IMG/VR virus record: IMGVR_UViG_3300049718_000055
Coordinates: 1-64,000 of that record
Source: a virus
Direction: 5' to 3' (one strand)
DNA: 64,000 bases
In this document: positions 8,934 to 19,234 of the stretch, in pieces
Layout: each line of letters starts with the position of its first letter
Numbering within the stretch: the stretch's first letter is position 1
Notes under the pieces: model-generated
What the model was told of the DNA's origin: nothing
Database searches by the model: none
The model's input: the letters and a program-made list of their open reading frames with translations, nothing else
Program-made: the position numbers and the translations under genes

Positions 8934-9151
8934 GATTTCTCCTTTGCGCGGCGCTCGGCCGTACCTTTCTCTGCCCCGTTCGCAATGGCCGTAGCCGTAA
9001 GAGGCAACGCTTGTGCGTAGCGCAAAGCAGAAACAGCCAAGTCGTTAAGCGACCAGCCGCCCTTCTTTGCCTTTGATGCAAGTGCCTCTTTCAGCTTTGG
9101 GTCAACCAATGGGTTGATGCGAACTTGGATGTACTGCCATTTCGTAGCCAT
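8930..9151 (-). CDS. Ribbon-helix-helix (Arc/HicB-like) DNA-binding protein
   Basis: VRINPLVDPKLKEALASKAKKGGWSLNDL; leaderless start after a promoter. Confidence 0.65.
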   Translation of the reverse strand: MATKWQYIQVRINPLVDPKLKEALASKAKKGGWSLNDLAVSALRYAQALPLTATAIANGAEKGTAERRAKEKS

Positions 9152-9157
9152 GAGTGC

Positions 9158-9186
9158 ATTATGCACCCACGCTGCGAGCCTGTCAA
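9158..9186 (-). promoter_or_regulatory. Sigma70-type promoter, leaderless transcript
   Basis: TTGACA-17bp-CATAAT-6nt-ATG. Confidence 0.75.
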
Positions 9187-9324
9187 GCCCCTATTCCTCA
9201 GGCTCGTCCGGGTCCGGCTGCTCCTCGGCTGATGCTTCGGTTACGGGGACTTCATTTGCGCACGGCTGAGATGGCTTTGGTTTCGTGTGAGTAGGGTCTG
9301 TCGGATCGTCGTTTGGGTCTGGCA

Positions 9325-9774
9325 TTAGAATCTCCTTTCAACTGCTGATGGTATTCCTGCGTCTTGCTGGTTGTGGGCGTTCTGTGTCTCGCTGGTTGGA
9401 TATTGCTTATTTGGCTGTTGCTGCGGGAAAACTCTAGTTCTGTGAATCTCATGAATCTCTTGTGCTACAGCTTTCATGTCAACAATGAAGGTGTAGGCGC
9501 TTGTTCCAACGTACCATAACGCTCCGGCGAGAAGTGGAGCAACAATCGCGGCTACGGAGATTTTCTGCGGACGTGTCCAGTGCCGTTGCTTGTCGTTCTC
9601 AAGGTATGCAAGAACTTGATGGACGAATCCGTTTTCGGGATGCTCAGGCGTTCCGTTGAGAATCTTGTCTATCTTCTCGAATTTGGTTTCGATGTCCACG
9701 AGTTTGCACCCCACCTTACCAGGATTGGTTACTTCAGGGCAAACGTCTATCGAGCACGGCGGCATGTCATCCAT
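9325..9774 (-). CDS. Single-TM membrane protein
   Basis: SD present; central hydrophobic helix. Confidence 0.65.
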   Translation of the reverse strand: MDDMPPCSIDVCPEVTNPGKVGCKLVDIETKFEKIDKILNGTPEHPENGFVHQVLAYLENDKQRHWTRPQKISVAAIVAPLLAGALWYVGTSAYTFIVDMKAVAQEIHEIHRTRVFPQQQPNKQYPTSETQNAHNQQDAGIPSAVERRF

Positions 9775-9850
9775 TATCTTCCCTCGCTCTCCGACATCCG
9801 GTCCGGTCCGATTTGCACGGCGCGATTACTGCACTTGCTGACCGTTTAAT

Positions 9851-10087
9851 TCATACTTCTTTGATCTTGTCTTTCTCTGCCTGCCCACCAGCAATGAAGT
9901 TCGCCGATGCGGTGATCTTTAACAGGGCATTCAACAGTTCCGTGTGACCACCGTCTACCTTGGTTTCAATCGAGTCTGCTTTTTTGTCGATCTTCTTAAG
10001 CCGCTGGTAGTTGTAGTATCCGACACTGAAGGCTGCCAGTGTGGGGGCTACAGATACAATCAAGGCCACTTCTATCGCGTCTGTCAT
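9851..10087 (-). CDS. Small membrane protein (holin/antiholin-like)
   Basis: N-terminal TM segment and short coiled coil; AAGGAGG SD. Confidence 0.6.
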   Translation of the reverse strand: MTDAIEVALIVSVAPTLAAFSVGYYNYQRLKKIDKKADSIETKVDGGHTELLNALLKITASANFIAGGQAEKDKIKEV

Positions 10088-10276
10088 CGGCCCTCCTTCG
10101 GGAATCTGTCCCTGATCGGCTTTCCAATCTCCGCATAGAGCCTTTCCAGCGCCTCGTCCTCTTCCTCTTCCGTCAGCTTGGGAATGCGGCGCGGCGCGGT
10201 TGTCTTCTTCTTCTCCGGCTTGGGTTCCTCTGGCATCTCACCATCCCCCGTTCCTCGTGACCTGCACCGCTAATTC

Positions 10277-13030
10277 TTACTGCCCATAACACTGCACGTT
10301 GACATAATCGCCTGAACCCCACGGTGTTGCGACTGCCGATGAGTTGAAGTTGGTAATAGACACTGTTGTGCTGTTCGTCGCAGAAGCGCGGCACATGAAC
10401 ACACTCGTACTGAAGGTTGACATGTCTTGGCAGGTGCAGCCCCAATAGTGCGCAGCGGGAGGAAGTGTCAGGGTTCCGGTCGATGCCGTTCCGCCCGTGC
10501 CGACATTCACAGTGAAAAACCCTGTCCCGTTGGCATTAGTCATAAAAGGAGACGCACCAAATCCAGATGCGATTGTGGGGTTTGTCTGAGAAATGAGAAC
10601 TCCGGCAGGGCCGTTGATCTTCCCGGAGTAAGCTCCCGTAACCTCAAACTTCTCCGCATTCGTTGCAGGGTTCGTCGGCGTGATCGTCAAGCCAACAGAG
10701 TTCGCCGTACTGGTCGAGAAATTGATTCCCGCCTGCGAAGTGTTCCCGCTGCCGTTCGTCTGGATGGGAATTGTGCAGGTCGAACCAATCGCACACGTCT
10801 GTCCGTTAACTGCTGTTGATGCTCCAGAGTACAGCGCCTGTTGTCCATTGATTACTTGGCGTGGCTGAATCGGTGCGGCTGCCCCTAGTGCCGTAGTGCT
10901 CACATAGGGATGAATTGCGCTGCCTGGAGTGAACTGGGCACCATAAAGGTCAAGGCATTGCGTACCGGCCACTGAGCCAGCACCAATGGCCATTCCTACT
11001 TGAAATTGGGATGTGCCTGTTGTTTCTAGCGCAGTGGAATAAAGGCGCGTATAGCCGTTCGGACCTGTTCCCGCAGCGGGAACGGTGTATAAGCCAGCAT
11101 GGTTAATATTATCGCTGATTGCGAATGTGGCAGATGCACCCCCGGCATTGCACGATTTTGCGTAGATTGCCGTTGTATATGTTCCGCTACCCGGCGGTGG
11201 AGATATATTCTGCCGATATTCTGAGTAGCCTGTTGTGATTGAGAAAGTTACCTGCACGGCGCTTGTTCCGCCAATTGGATCTGAGATTCCAGTTACCGTA
11301 ACAGGTGCGCTGTCTCCAGAGCCATTCACTATGTACCATCCGGTAGTTAAGCCATCACTCCCGGTCGCCAGATTTCCTGTCACGCCTCCCCCGCTCAAAC
11401 CGTCCTTTGTAGCCCAAACACCCACAAACTCAGCATCGGTCTGCTGCGCGGGAGTGTAATCCAGATAATGCGAAGCGGGAAGGCTGCGCAGATCAAGAGG
11501 CACCCCACCAATAACAACTGCAAAGTATGAGTTATGAAACTCGCAAACACCCGTAGGGCAAACTAAATCAGGAACCAATAGGGTGCCATAAGTTGACGAA
11601 ACCGACTTAAATTCGACTTGACTTGACCCCGAACCGATTGTGATAAACGGCCCCGTAGGCGTAATTGGCTGATCATAGTTAGCTACATCATCGACAGACG
11701 CATTCCCTACATTATTCAGATTAAAACATCCAGCCGTTGCATATTCACAGAGCGAGTCGTGGATATGAACGTTACCCGCACTCCCGGAGTTTTGATTCAA
11801 CTCGAAAAGATAATGGGCAGAATATGCGCCGACCCCGTAAAGTCCTCTTGCAAAGAGAGCCATGTCTGCTATATCTATCACATTAATGGAGCCATCAAGT
11901 TGAATGCCAGGAACAGAGTTGCCACCTGCAACACGTCCAATAATATGATTCATTGTCATTTCTTGCATCCCGCCCGAGCCCACAATCCATGATTTCGCTG
12001 GATTGTTCTGGCTGAAAAGTATGTCAGTCATTTCAAAATCGACAACATAGGCACTGCTCCCAAAGTTAAATATATGTCCGCTGTTGGTTGCAGATGTCTC
12101 AGCCAGTTTAAGCCCCGATACACTAATAAATACACCACCTGTTGCAGTTGAGGGCATCGTAAACATATCGCCAGACGCGCATTGCAGCGTAGCCGCAAAA
12201 ATACCAGTATCACTAAGTCCGGATATATTCTGCCGCTGCCTGCTGTTAGCGGGACCAACAAGCATCATCGCGCCGAATGTATCGTTTACGAAAGGCTGCA
12301 AACCACATACATTGTAGACTCCAGGAGGGACAGAAATTTGCTCCCCGGTATTGATTGCCGCCTGAAACGCTGCCGTGCTCGACGCCACGCCAGTAGAGTC
12401 CACTGTTCCAAAAGCTGCGGGGTTCACTTGATTAGGAAGTACCGTAGTCCCGTCTTGCACTGGACCAGTAAACGTCGCGCCGGTCAGAGCCGCACCGCCC
12501 AAGTTCGCCAGCGCGCCCGCTGCCGTTGTCGCCGTGCAAGTCAACGTCCCAGAAACATTCTGGAGCAAAGTACAGTTTGATGTGATCCCCGCGCCAGAGA
12601 AGATATTCGTCCACGCCCCCGCTGCTGTAGTTGCGAACGTGCCACCTTGCGAAATCGGAACAGGGATTGAGATATAGCCCTGAGAAGCCGGCCCTGGAAC
12701 TACCCACGTGTAGGTCGTACCCAACTGCGGAACCGCGTTGACCACATAAAGATTTGGAGATGTAAGCGCCGCAGCATAGACAGTAAAATTACCGTTCGCG
12801 TCGGTTTGCGTCGGGTTCGGCGCCGGCAACGTCAAGCCATAGTCGTAGAAGATCGACGCCACTGGAGTGCAGGGCAACCCGCTCGACCCGGCCGCGGAAC
12901 AGATGTACACCTGAGCCCCGGCTACTGGCTGACCGTACTGTGAAATCACTTGGCCTGAAATGGGGGCAGCTTGGGACCACCCCAAAGGGCACAGGACTGC
13001 GGCGAGAGAGACGAGCCATAGACGCTTCAT
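10277..13030 (-). CDS. Tailspike/tail-fibre-like protein with pectate-lyase-like beta-helix and carbohydrate-binding-like domain
   Basis: NP...DANGNF head-binding-like motif; VNPAAFG...STAAFQAAIN...VPPGVY beta-helix entry motif; G/S/T-rich. Confidence 0.7.
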   Translation of the reverse strand: MKRLWLVSLAAVLCPLGWSQAAPISGQVISQYGQPVAGAQVYICSAAGSSGLPCTPVASIFYDYGLTLPAPNPTQTDANGNFTVYAAALTSPNLYVVNAVPQLGTTYTWVVPGPASQGYISIPVPISQGGTFATTAAGAWTNIFSGAGITSNCTLLQNVSGTLTCTATTAAGALANLGGAALTGATFTGPVQDGTTVLPNQVNPAAFGTVDSTGVASSTAAFQAAINTGEQISVPPGVYNVCGLQPFVNDTFGAMMLVGPANSRQRQNISGLSDTGIFAATLQCASGDMFTMPSTATGGVFISVSGLKLAETSATNSGHIFNFGSSAYVVDFEMTDILFSQNNPAKSWIVGSGGMQEMTMNHIIGRVAGGNSVPGIQLDGSINVIDIADMALFARGLYGVGAYSAHYLFELNQNSGSAGNVHIHDSLCEYATAGCFNLNNVGNASVDDVANYDQPITPTGPFITIGSGSSQVEFKSVSSTYGTLLVPDLVCPTGVCEFHNSYFAVVIGGVPLDLRSLPASHYLDYTPAQQTDAEFVGVWATKDGLSGGGVTGNLATGSDGLTTGWYIVNGSGDSAPVTVTGISDPIGGTSAVQVTFSITTGYSEYRQNISPPPGSGTYTTAIYAKSCNAGGASATFAISDNINHAGLYTVPAAGTGPNGYTRLYSTALETTGTSQFQVGMAIGAGSVAGTQCLDLYGAQFTPGSAIHPYVSTTALGAAAPIQPRQVINGQQALYSGASTAVNGQTCAIGSTCTIPIQTNGSGNTSQAGINFSTSTANSVGLTITPTNPATNAEKFEVTGAYSGKINGPAGVLISQTNPTIASGFGASPFMTNANGTGFFTVNVGTGGTASTGTLTLPPAAHYWGCTCQDMSTFSTSVFMCRASATNSTTVSITNFNSSAVATPWGSGDYVNVQCYGQ

Positions 13031-13075
13031 ACCCCCCATCTTAGAGGAGGTCAAGTCCAACTTTCCACAGAAAAA

Positions 13076-13486
13076 TCAGCAAGTGTCGAGAGGATCTATG
13101 AACGTGCTCATTTTGCGGCTTCCCTGAAGGCTGTTGCACCATGGACACAGTGCGCGATTCTGAGGTTTCATTTTTCCTGTTTTAGGGTCAAGGACTTCAA
13201 TGCGATCATCCTGCTTGCCTCCACTCCTAGAGACCTCGTGCCCAAATTGAGACTCCGCCTTTGGGAGTCTGCCGCCGCGGGTCTTGCATTGCGGAGAAAT
13301 CTGGAGGCCGCACCTTCCACCCTGCCGGTCCAGCATGACAAATTTCCTCCGCTGATACTCGTCGGAGCCCTTCTTGGAGGTCAACTGACACACTTCTCTA
13401 CCGTCCGGGTAGCGGAATACCCCGTCATCGTCGAGGTACTTGCGTTTCTGCTTTTGCTGCGACGGCTTGGGGAAGGCGGGGATCAT
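13076..13486 (-). CDS. HNH-like endonuclease
   Basis: RQGGRC...C...FGHE...ALCPWCNSLQGS. Confidence 0.6.
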   Translation of the reverse strand: MIPAFPKPSQQKQKRKYLDDDGVFRYPDGREVCQLTSKKGSDEYQRRKFVMLDRQGGRCGLQISPQCKTRGGRLPKAESQFGHEVSRSGGKQDDRIEVLDPKTGKMKPQNRALCPWCNSLQGSRKMSTFIDPLDTC

Positions 13487-13899
13487 GCGGACTCCTCCGA
13501 TTCCAAATTTTGGAGTGGCTTCGGCTGGAACACAACCTGTTTCCATTCCTCCATCATCTTCTCTGCGGACTCTTGGCCGTATATTTCTCCAAAGGCTTCC
13601 CTTACGTCTGCGATGATTCTTCGCTCTCCCCATCCCGCCGATAGAGCATCGCTGCTAAACTGCCGAAGGCACGGAGAAACCGGCATCTTCCTCTCGTCTG
13701 CCAACTTCTGCAATCTATCGAAGATAAATGTCAGCGGCAGCCCGTAGGTATCTCGGAAGAAAAACGTCTTCGAGAAATAGATCATTCCTCTTGCCATCAA
13801 GAGGAAATCATTGATCCGCGCAAAGACAGTACCAAGGAATACCCCTACCGCAGTACCATCCTTATTCTCTTCGATTACAAAACCCGGTTCTTGATACAT
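13483..13899 (-). CDS. Hypothetical protein with AlaRS-like DTYGLPL motif
   Basis: FFFRDTYGLPL resembles AlaRS FKLYDTYGFPL; GGAGGG SD. Confidence 0.55.
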   Translation of the reverse strand: MYQEPGFVIEENKDGTAVGVFLGTVFARINDFLLMARGMIYFSKTFFFRDTYGLPLTFIFDRLQKLADERKMPVSPCLRQFSSDALSAGWGERRIIADVREAFGEIYGQESAEKMMEEWKQVVFQPKPLQNLESEESA

Positions 13900-13900
13900 T

Positions 13901-14083
13901 TCATCCCTCCAATCCTGGATTCCGGCATGGCTTCGACTCGATCCGCTCGTACAGAACCGCATCGATCTCCCACACCTTCATAAAATAAGGAACTTCCTGC
14001 CGGGAATCGCTTACCCCAACAAAGAACCTTCGCCCATTCTTGAACGCCTCGACTCTAAGTTCTGTACCAATTCCTAAAATCAT
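13901..14083 (-). CDS. Hypothetical protein
   Basis: Coupled stop/start. Confidence 0.5.
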   Translation of the reverse strand: MILGIGTELRVEAFKNGRRFFVGVSDSRQEVPYFMKVWEIDAVLYERIESKPCRNPGLEG

Positions 14084-14853
14084 TGCTCCGAACTCCCGTT
14101 TTGCAGATTCTCCAATGCCGCCCTGAAGTCTGCTACGATCTCGTCCAGACCCGTGTATGCCTTCTCCAATACCTCGTCAGAACTCAGGCCGCTATTACTC
14201 AGTTCTTTGATTGCCGCTATGCGGTCGATGGCCTTGGAAATCGTACCGACAAGGGACACGCCCTCTTTTCTTTCGGCCACCATCAACTCAAGAGTCTTTG
14301 CCTCATTCCCCTCGCAGCCAAGTTCCTTGGAGATTTCCTGAAGGCCAGAGTCTATCGACTTCTTCTGGCTCTTCGTCATCTTGATGCTGATACAGACCAC
14401 CCGCTCCCGGCCGTCAGATGCTTTGGCGTGACCGTCAAGCTCCGTGTCCACTAAGGCTTGGAAAGTATCAGTCGAGTCCGTTGCCGCTCGGCGTAACCAG
14501 TATTCCGTAAGCCGCTTCGATTCGGGAAGGTTCATCAGTGCCTCAGCGTTCGTTAATTTCTGAGCACAAAACAATTTTTCATCCACGTTCGGAAACGCCT
14601 CAGCTATTCGGAGAACATTAAACCAGGTAGCGGTCTTAACCCCGGACGCCTCTTGCGCCTCTTTCTCGTTCGCGTAGCCAAGGATTCCGAAGAGGTTGTC
14701 TCTCTTCAGAGCCGCGGCGTGGTATCCGATTCTGAGGCTGTTAGTCGATACCAGCGGCCCCGACTGTTGAATTGCTTTCCAATGGTCACGAGCTTCCTTC
14801 TTCCGAAACTCTGCATCTTCGCTGACTGGATTCAATACGCTTACTGTTGCCAT
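14080..14853 (-). CDS. Hypothetical protein
   Basis: Long ORF downstream of dnaB. Confidence 0.7.
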   Translation of the reverse strand: MATVSVLNPVSEDAEFRKKEARDHWKAIQQSGPLVSTNSLRIGYHAAALKRDNLFGILGYANEKEAQEASGVKTATWFNVLRIAEAFPNVDEKLFCAQKLTNAEALMNLPESKRLTEYWLRRAATDSTDTFQALVDTELDGHAKASDGRERVVCISIKMTKSQKKSIDSGLQEISKELGCEGNEAKTLELMVAERKEGVSLVGTISKAIDRIAAIKELSNSGLSSDEVLEKAYTGLDEIVADFRAALENLQNGSSEQ

Positions 14854-14855
14854 GG

Positions 14856-16241
14856 TCACATTCCTTTCAGTGGTTGAATTGGGTAGCAAAACCGTACATG
14901 ATCTCGGTCAAAGTAGCAGTTGACCTTTGTCCGCTTTCCCTCGCGTTGCTTGACAATCCTTATTGCCGCATCAAGCAAATCTTTTTCGTCACGTTTTTCT
15001 GGATCTTCGATTGAAATCATAAACACATTCTGAGCCGCATGGTGAATCACGGAGCCGCCATACAGAGAGTCTTTCGTTCGCCCTGCGGACTTCTTCACAA
15101 ATTTGTCGCCCTGAGAATACTGAGACAGCACTACCAGATGAACATCCGGCTCTTCTTTTGGAATGTCGCGGAGAGTGAAAAGTATATTGCTGAACTGCTC
15201 CAGAGGAGCCATCTTCGGCAACCCTTTTATCAACTGGAGGTAATCCACGATGACGAGGATTTTATTGCCGCCAGTTTCTTTCTTCCACTTGCGGCACATC
15301 ATCTTTATTCTGCCCTTCAACTTGTCGATCCGCAACGGGCTTGTCTCGTCTATGTCGATTGGGAGCCGCGCTAGTTCTTGGCTTATCCGATTCATCTCTG
15401 GTATGTGGGTATGGGAATTCATTAAACGAGAATCGCGTAAATGATTATTGGTGAGGATTTCGCTCATCGAAGAATAAAACCGTTGCGTCAGAGCTTCCTT
15501 TGACATCTCCATCGAAAACCAGACTACCGGAGTCCCTTCGCGGGCGTTGGCAATCGACAACTGAACACCAAGTCCGGTTTTCCCGCCACTCGATTCACCG
15601 CCGATTACCGTAAACTCTCCACGGAAGCATCCGTGCGTGGCGTTATCTAAACCCTCCAAGGCCCACGTCATTTCGAGCGCCGTCCGCTCGTTGCTGATAT
15701 TGCGGTTCTTGTTTATCCTCTCCTCTACCGCTGAGGTTACTTCGCCGATTCTTACGGCCCCGCTGGTTCCTTCACCTATAACTTCCGCCAACTGCTCTTC
15801 AAGTTCCCCAACAACCTTCAATGCTGGATCGCTTTGGTCTGCGGCCTGTGCAATGGCCTTTCCGCAGATGAGCATCAACTTCCGCAGCCGAGCTTTGTCC
15901 TTCACGATCCGTACATATTCATCAATCACCGGGCGCCGCGGTAGTCCTTCCGTGAGACTGGCAAGATAGGCCACGCCGCCGATGGATTCGATCTCCTTTC
16001 GCCGAGTCAGTTCATTGGCAAGAGTGATGATGTCCACGTGGATAGCACCCTCAACTAACCCAAAGAGGATGTCGTTGATCGCTGAGAAGATGCGCCGGTG
16101 GGAGTCGAGGGAGAAGTCTTCTGCTTTAAGGTCTAGGGTGTCATCGAAAAAGCATTCATTATCGAGGAGAAGAGCCCCGAGTATGGTTCGCTCTCCGTCA
16201 ACGCTGGCCGGTAGTTGAGAGTCTTCGTATGATTGCGTCAC
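14856..16241 (-). CDS. dnaB: Replicative DNA helicase, DnaB family
   Basis: N-terminal ERTILGALL...IGGVAYL; Walker A GESSGGKT; FSMEMS; VDYLQL; LSQ; KQREG. Confidence 0.95.
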   Translation of the reverse strand: MTQSYEDSQLPASVDGERTILGALLLDNECFFDDTLDLKAEDFSLDSHRRIFSAINDILFGLVEGAIHVDIITLANELTRRKEIESIGGVAYLASLTEGLPRRPVIDEYVRIVKDKARLRKLMLICGKAIAQAADQSDPALKVVGELEEQLAEVIGEGTSGAVRIGEVTSAVEERINKNRNISNERTALEMTWALEGLDNATHGCFRGEFTVIGGESSGGKTGLGVQLSIANAREGTPVVWFSMEMSKEALTQRFYSSMSEILTNNHLRDSRLMNSHTHIPEMNRISQELARLPIDIDETSPLRIDKLKGRIKMMCRKWKKETGGNKILVIVDYLQLIKGLPKMAPLEQFSNILFTLRDIPKEEPDVHLVVLSQYSQGDKFVKKSAGRTKDSLYGGSVIHHAAQNVFMISIEDPEKRDEKDLLDAAIRIVKQREGKRTKVNCYFDRDHVRFCYPIQPLKGM

Positions 16242-16519
16242 GATAGGTCGCTCAGTTCAATGATTTCACGAGGCCAGGGGAAGCGGGTTCCCTCTTTCAA
16301 ATAGTTCTTCAGGCCGCGCTCCAATTCTTTCTCGTCAAGATCGCTCAACCCCTCAACGAAGATGCCGATGAGTTCTTCGTCTACTACGCGGTTTTTGTCG
16401 AGAGCCGCATACTTGTAGAGGTACACCCCAATCAATGCAGTCCGCTCTTGGCTAGGCGTTAGCGACTGCGGCTGCGACTGCTTCACGATTGCCTTGCCTG
16501 ATGGTAGCTGCCTCGCCAT
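16238..16519 (-). CDS. Putative helicase loader/inhibitor-like protein
   Basis: Lies between the initiator-like gene and dnaB; LSDL...RFPWPREI. Confidence 0.5.
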   Translation of the reverse strand: MARQLPSGKAIVKQSQPQSLTPSQERTALIGVYLYKYAALDKNRVVDEELIGIFVEGLSDLDEKELERGLKNYLKEGTRFPWPREIIELSDLS

Positions 16520-17081
16520 GCTTGCCCCCTCCCTCTGCCGGCTTGTTGAACCTGTCCAAAGGCCCAGCCGCATATTCATCCAACCTTCCAACCCAAACCC
16601 ATAGCGGCTGAGTACGAGCGCCGGCACGGTGTACCACTATGCTCGTCTTACGATGATTCAAAGCCTTACGCCAATCTTCTTGAGTCCACCGCTGGTGCTC
16701 CGAAAGGAACCTGCGAATTTGTACCCCATCTTTCCCGCTCATCTCAAACGGTAGCGCAGGATTAAGGAAATTCCAAAATTTGGAAAGATCGTCTACGAAC
16801 AACCTGTACCTCTCCGATTCTAAATTTTGGAGTACGACCCCCTCGCCGGCCTTCACTACCCCACATCTCCACCTATTCTTCGGTGCCTTCGCTACAAGCT
16901 CAGGAGCCGCTACAGCCGCATCCTTTAGCCCATCCAGCATATTCCCTGTCTTGCAGCGCACAAGGCCAGCCAAGGCCGCTGTGGTAGCCTCTGACCCCTC
17001 TGCAATCTTCACGGCGACATAGGCTAGGACGCCGTTGGACGACAGCCGCTCGATGATCTCTGTGTTGATTGAAACTTCCAT
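16452..17081 (-). CDS. Putative replication initiator-like protein
   Basis: Position upstream of loader and dnaB; wHTH-like N-terminus. Start uncertain (track gives 17168). Confidence 0.5.
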   Translation of the reverse strand: MEVSINTEIIERLSSNGVLAYVAVKIAEGSEATTAALAGLVRCKTGNMLDGLKDAAVAAPELVAKAPKNRWRCGVVKAGEGVVLQNLESERYRLFVDDLSKFWNFLNPALPFEMSGKDGVQIRRFLSEHQRWTQEDWRKALNHRKTSIVVHRAGARTQPLWVWVGRLDEYAAGPLDRFNKPAEGGGKHGEAATIRQGNREAVAAAVANA

Positions 17082-17235
17082 AAAATCCTCTTCTTCCGTC
17101 CCCAACGGATGGAGAGGCGGCGTTGGGGACACCGCCTCTCTGAAGGGCGCCACGCTCAGTTTCATCACTGCGCGTCACTTCCCGGCCACCAGACCGAGCA
17201 CCCTTAGACTAGCAAAATCTGCCAACACGCGCAAC

Positions 17236-17781
17236 TCAGTTGATTGCGACAGCCGCGGTCTTGCCTTCAGTCGCTTCAAACAAAGGCCGCGAGTGCTTGT
17301 CCAGAAGAGCCTCGGCAAACGATTCGAGGTCTTTCTTGTAGCAGCCGTGATGAGCAACGACGCTCTGGAATTCCTCGATGTCGTGCTTCCGCAGGCGCCA
17401 TACTTTGCGGCTTCGAGAATCGACCACCTGTTCGCCGTCACCGTCAACCGCCTGAGCAACATGACACAGTTCGTGGTCCAAGAGAGCCTTCTTCTTGGCC
17501 GCATCGAATTCCTTGTCTCCCCAGGTTTCTGCGTTCAAGGTAATCACGAAGTCCCACTCGGAGAATTCTTTCTCCAGATCCGATGCTCGATGGCACTGTC
17601 CGAGAACGATGTGGCCGTCCGCGTCCGGCTTGGTATCCAACTTCCACGCCAGCGCGATCTTCGCTTGGATGGTGTCGGAGTGGTACTTCTTCCTGATCTC
17701 AGCCATCAGCCGATACGGTTCCAACTGCGGTTTTGCTTCGGGGTCGATCAACTCAACCTTTACCTGCTTTTCCTTTGCCAT
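17236..17781 (-). CDS. Phage putative metallopeptidase
   Basis: ALLDHELCH (HExxH) and RKHDIEEF..VV..HG. Confidence 0.85.
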   Translation of the reverse strand: MAKEKQVKVELIDPEAKPQLEPYRLMAEIRKKYHSDTIQAKIALAWKLDTKPDADGHIVLGQCHRASDLEKEFSEWDFVITLNAETWGDKEFDAAKKKALLDHELCHVAQAVDGDGEQVVDSRSRKVWRLRKHDIEEFQSVVAHHGCYKKDLESFAEALLDKHSRPLFEATEGKTAAVAIN

Positions 17782-17792
17782 GAGTTTCTCCT

Positions 17793-18284
17793 TTAGAACA
17801 GCGTCCCGGCCAGTTCCGGTTTTGCTGCCGATTGATTTTCCAGTTCACCCTCAACAATCCTAACGCATACTTCAACCCGCTCCGGGGTGCCGTAGTGCTT
17901 ACGAGCTATCGACTCCACCACCTGCGCGTCATCCGCGTAAAGCAATCCAGTGAGAGAATCTTCCGTGGCCCGGACCAGCTTCGACACGTCCGGCCGAACC
18001 GACATCTCCGTTCTCTTTTTTGGAATTGACGGAGGCTTGGAGAAGTAAAAGTCCATGGTCATACTCACCGGAACCTGCTTGCCAGCCATCGGCTGCGGGA
18101 ACCCTGCGGCTTCCAACGCCACAACCGCTTCCCTTGTCACCTGCCCTCGATACGGCTTCAGATTCTTGTTGGTACTCGTGAGAATAGCCCGGTCCTTAGC
18201 TCCCCACTTGCCCTTCAGGACGAACCCCTTGACCGATCCCTGCGGCTCCGGGTGAACATACGCTGTGAATCTTACTTCGCTCAT
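17793..18284 (-). CDS. rusA: RusA-family Holliday junction resolvase
   Basis: PQGS; RPDVSKLVRATEDSLTG..YADDAQVV...KHY. Confidence 0.9.
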   Translation of the reverse strand: MSEVRFTAYVHPEPQGSVKGFVLKGKWGAKDRAILTSTNKNLKPYRGQVTREAVVALEAAGFPQPMAGKQVPVSMTMDFYFSKPPSIPKKRTEMSVRPDVSKLVRATEDSLTGLLYADDAQVVESIARKHYGTPERVEVCVRIVEGELENQSAAKPELAGTLF

Positions 18285-18384
18285 TGCCCCTCCATCGAAC
18301 AATACGGGCATGGATGCGAACTTGAATTCCACCCATGACGAGTGCAGATATACGGACACATCTTGAGTATGCGGATAATTGCCC

Positions 18385-19032
18385 TCATGCCTTCGACCCC
18401 GCTTTCTTGCCGCGCTGGTAGGCTTCAAGGATCGCTGCCTGTACAGCCTTACCTTGAGGCTCAATAAAACTTGCGATTATCTCCGTAACCTCCTCAGGCA
18501 CTTCCGGCTCCGGCTCGTCGTACATCCGGCGAACCCACGCAACAGCACACCTAATTCCATATACGATTGCGGTTCCGCCCCACAATTCCGGCTCAGAAAG
18601 TAACGCTGACCACTGCTCCGCTGTCGGCACAGGTGGATTCTCTTTCTGCCAGCGAAGAGCCTCTTCAAGCATAGGCACCACTGATTGCGGATACCACTGC
18701 ATAATCTTCTTCTCGCGTTCGTATGAGATATATTCAGATGCCTTCAACGCCGCCTTCAGCATCCCTTCAGGTACTTTGATTTGTGTGTCGCTTATCCCTT
18801 CCTCCCCAGTATTCACGTTCCTCCAAAACGATTCTGCGCTAGAGAACCATTCCCTCTCCGGTGGCGGTGTTGTCTGGTCGTGGCAGATTTCATGAGGCAA
18901 ATCCGCAGGGTGCCCAACCCTCCATGTGCAATTCAAATAACCTCCCCCGTTAGGAGTGACATATGGACACTGCGTATCTCCTCTGCTCATATCGCAATTC
19001 CATAAGTGTTTCTGTTTCTCATCTGATTTCAT
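18385..19032 (-). CDS. Hypothetical protein
   Basis: Shares a module with 59327..59968. Confidence 0.65.
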   Translation of the reverse strand: MKSDEKQKHLWNCDMSRGDTQCPYVTPNGGGYLNCTWRVGHPADLPHEICHDQTTPPPEREWFSSAESFWRNVNTGEEGISDTQIKVPEGMLKAALKASEYISYEREKKIMQWYPQSVVPMLEEALRWQKENPPVPTAEQWSALLSEPELWGGTAIVYGIRCAVAWVRRMYDEPEPEVPEEVTEIIASFIEPQGKAVQAAILEAYQRGKKAGSKA

Positions 19033-19234
19033 CCCTCTTATCCCTCCTCAAGAATTGGGCATCCGTTTTGGTAACTCGCGACTTCCGAGTTGCCTGATTC
19101 AACGCTCGCTCCAGATCCCACCGGGTCACCTTCGCGGCCATCAGTACCTTCCGCCCCGCGCCGGCCAGTTCGTCCACTCTTTCCTCGCGCTTCCTGCGCC
19201 GCTCCGTGCTCCGTTTCCTCTCCCAAGCCCTCAT
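19019..19234 (-). CDS. Small basic hypothetical protein
   Basis: Coupled to neighbours. Confidence 0.45.
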   Translation of the reverse strand: MRAWERKRSTERRRKREERVDELAGAGRKVLMAAKVTRWDLERALNQATRKSRVTKTDAQFLRRDKRDEIR

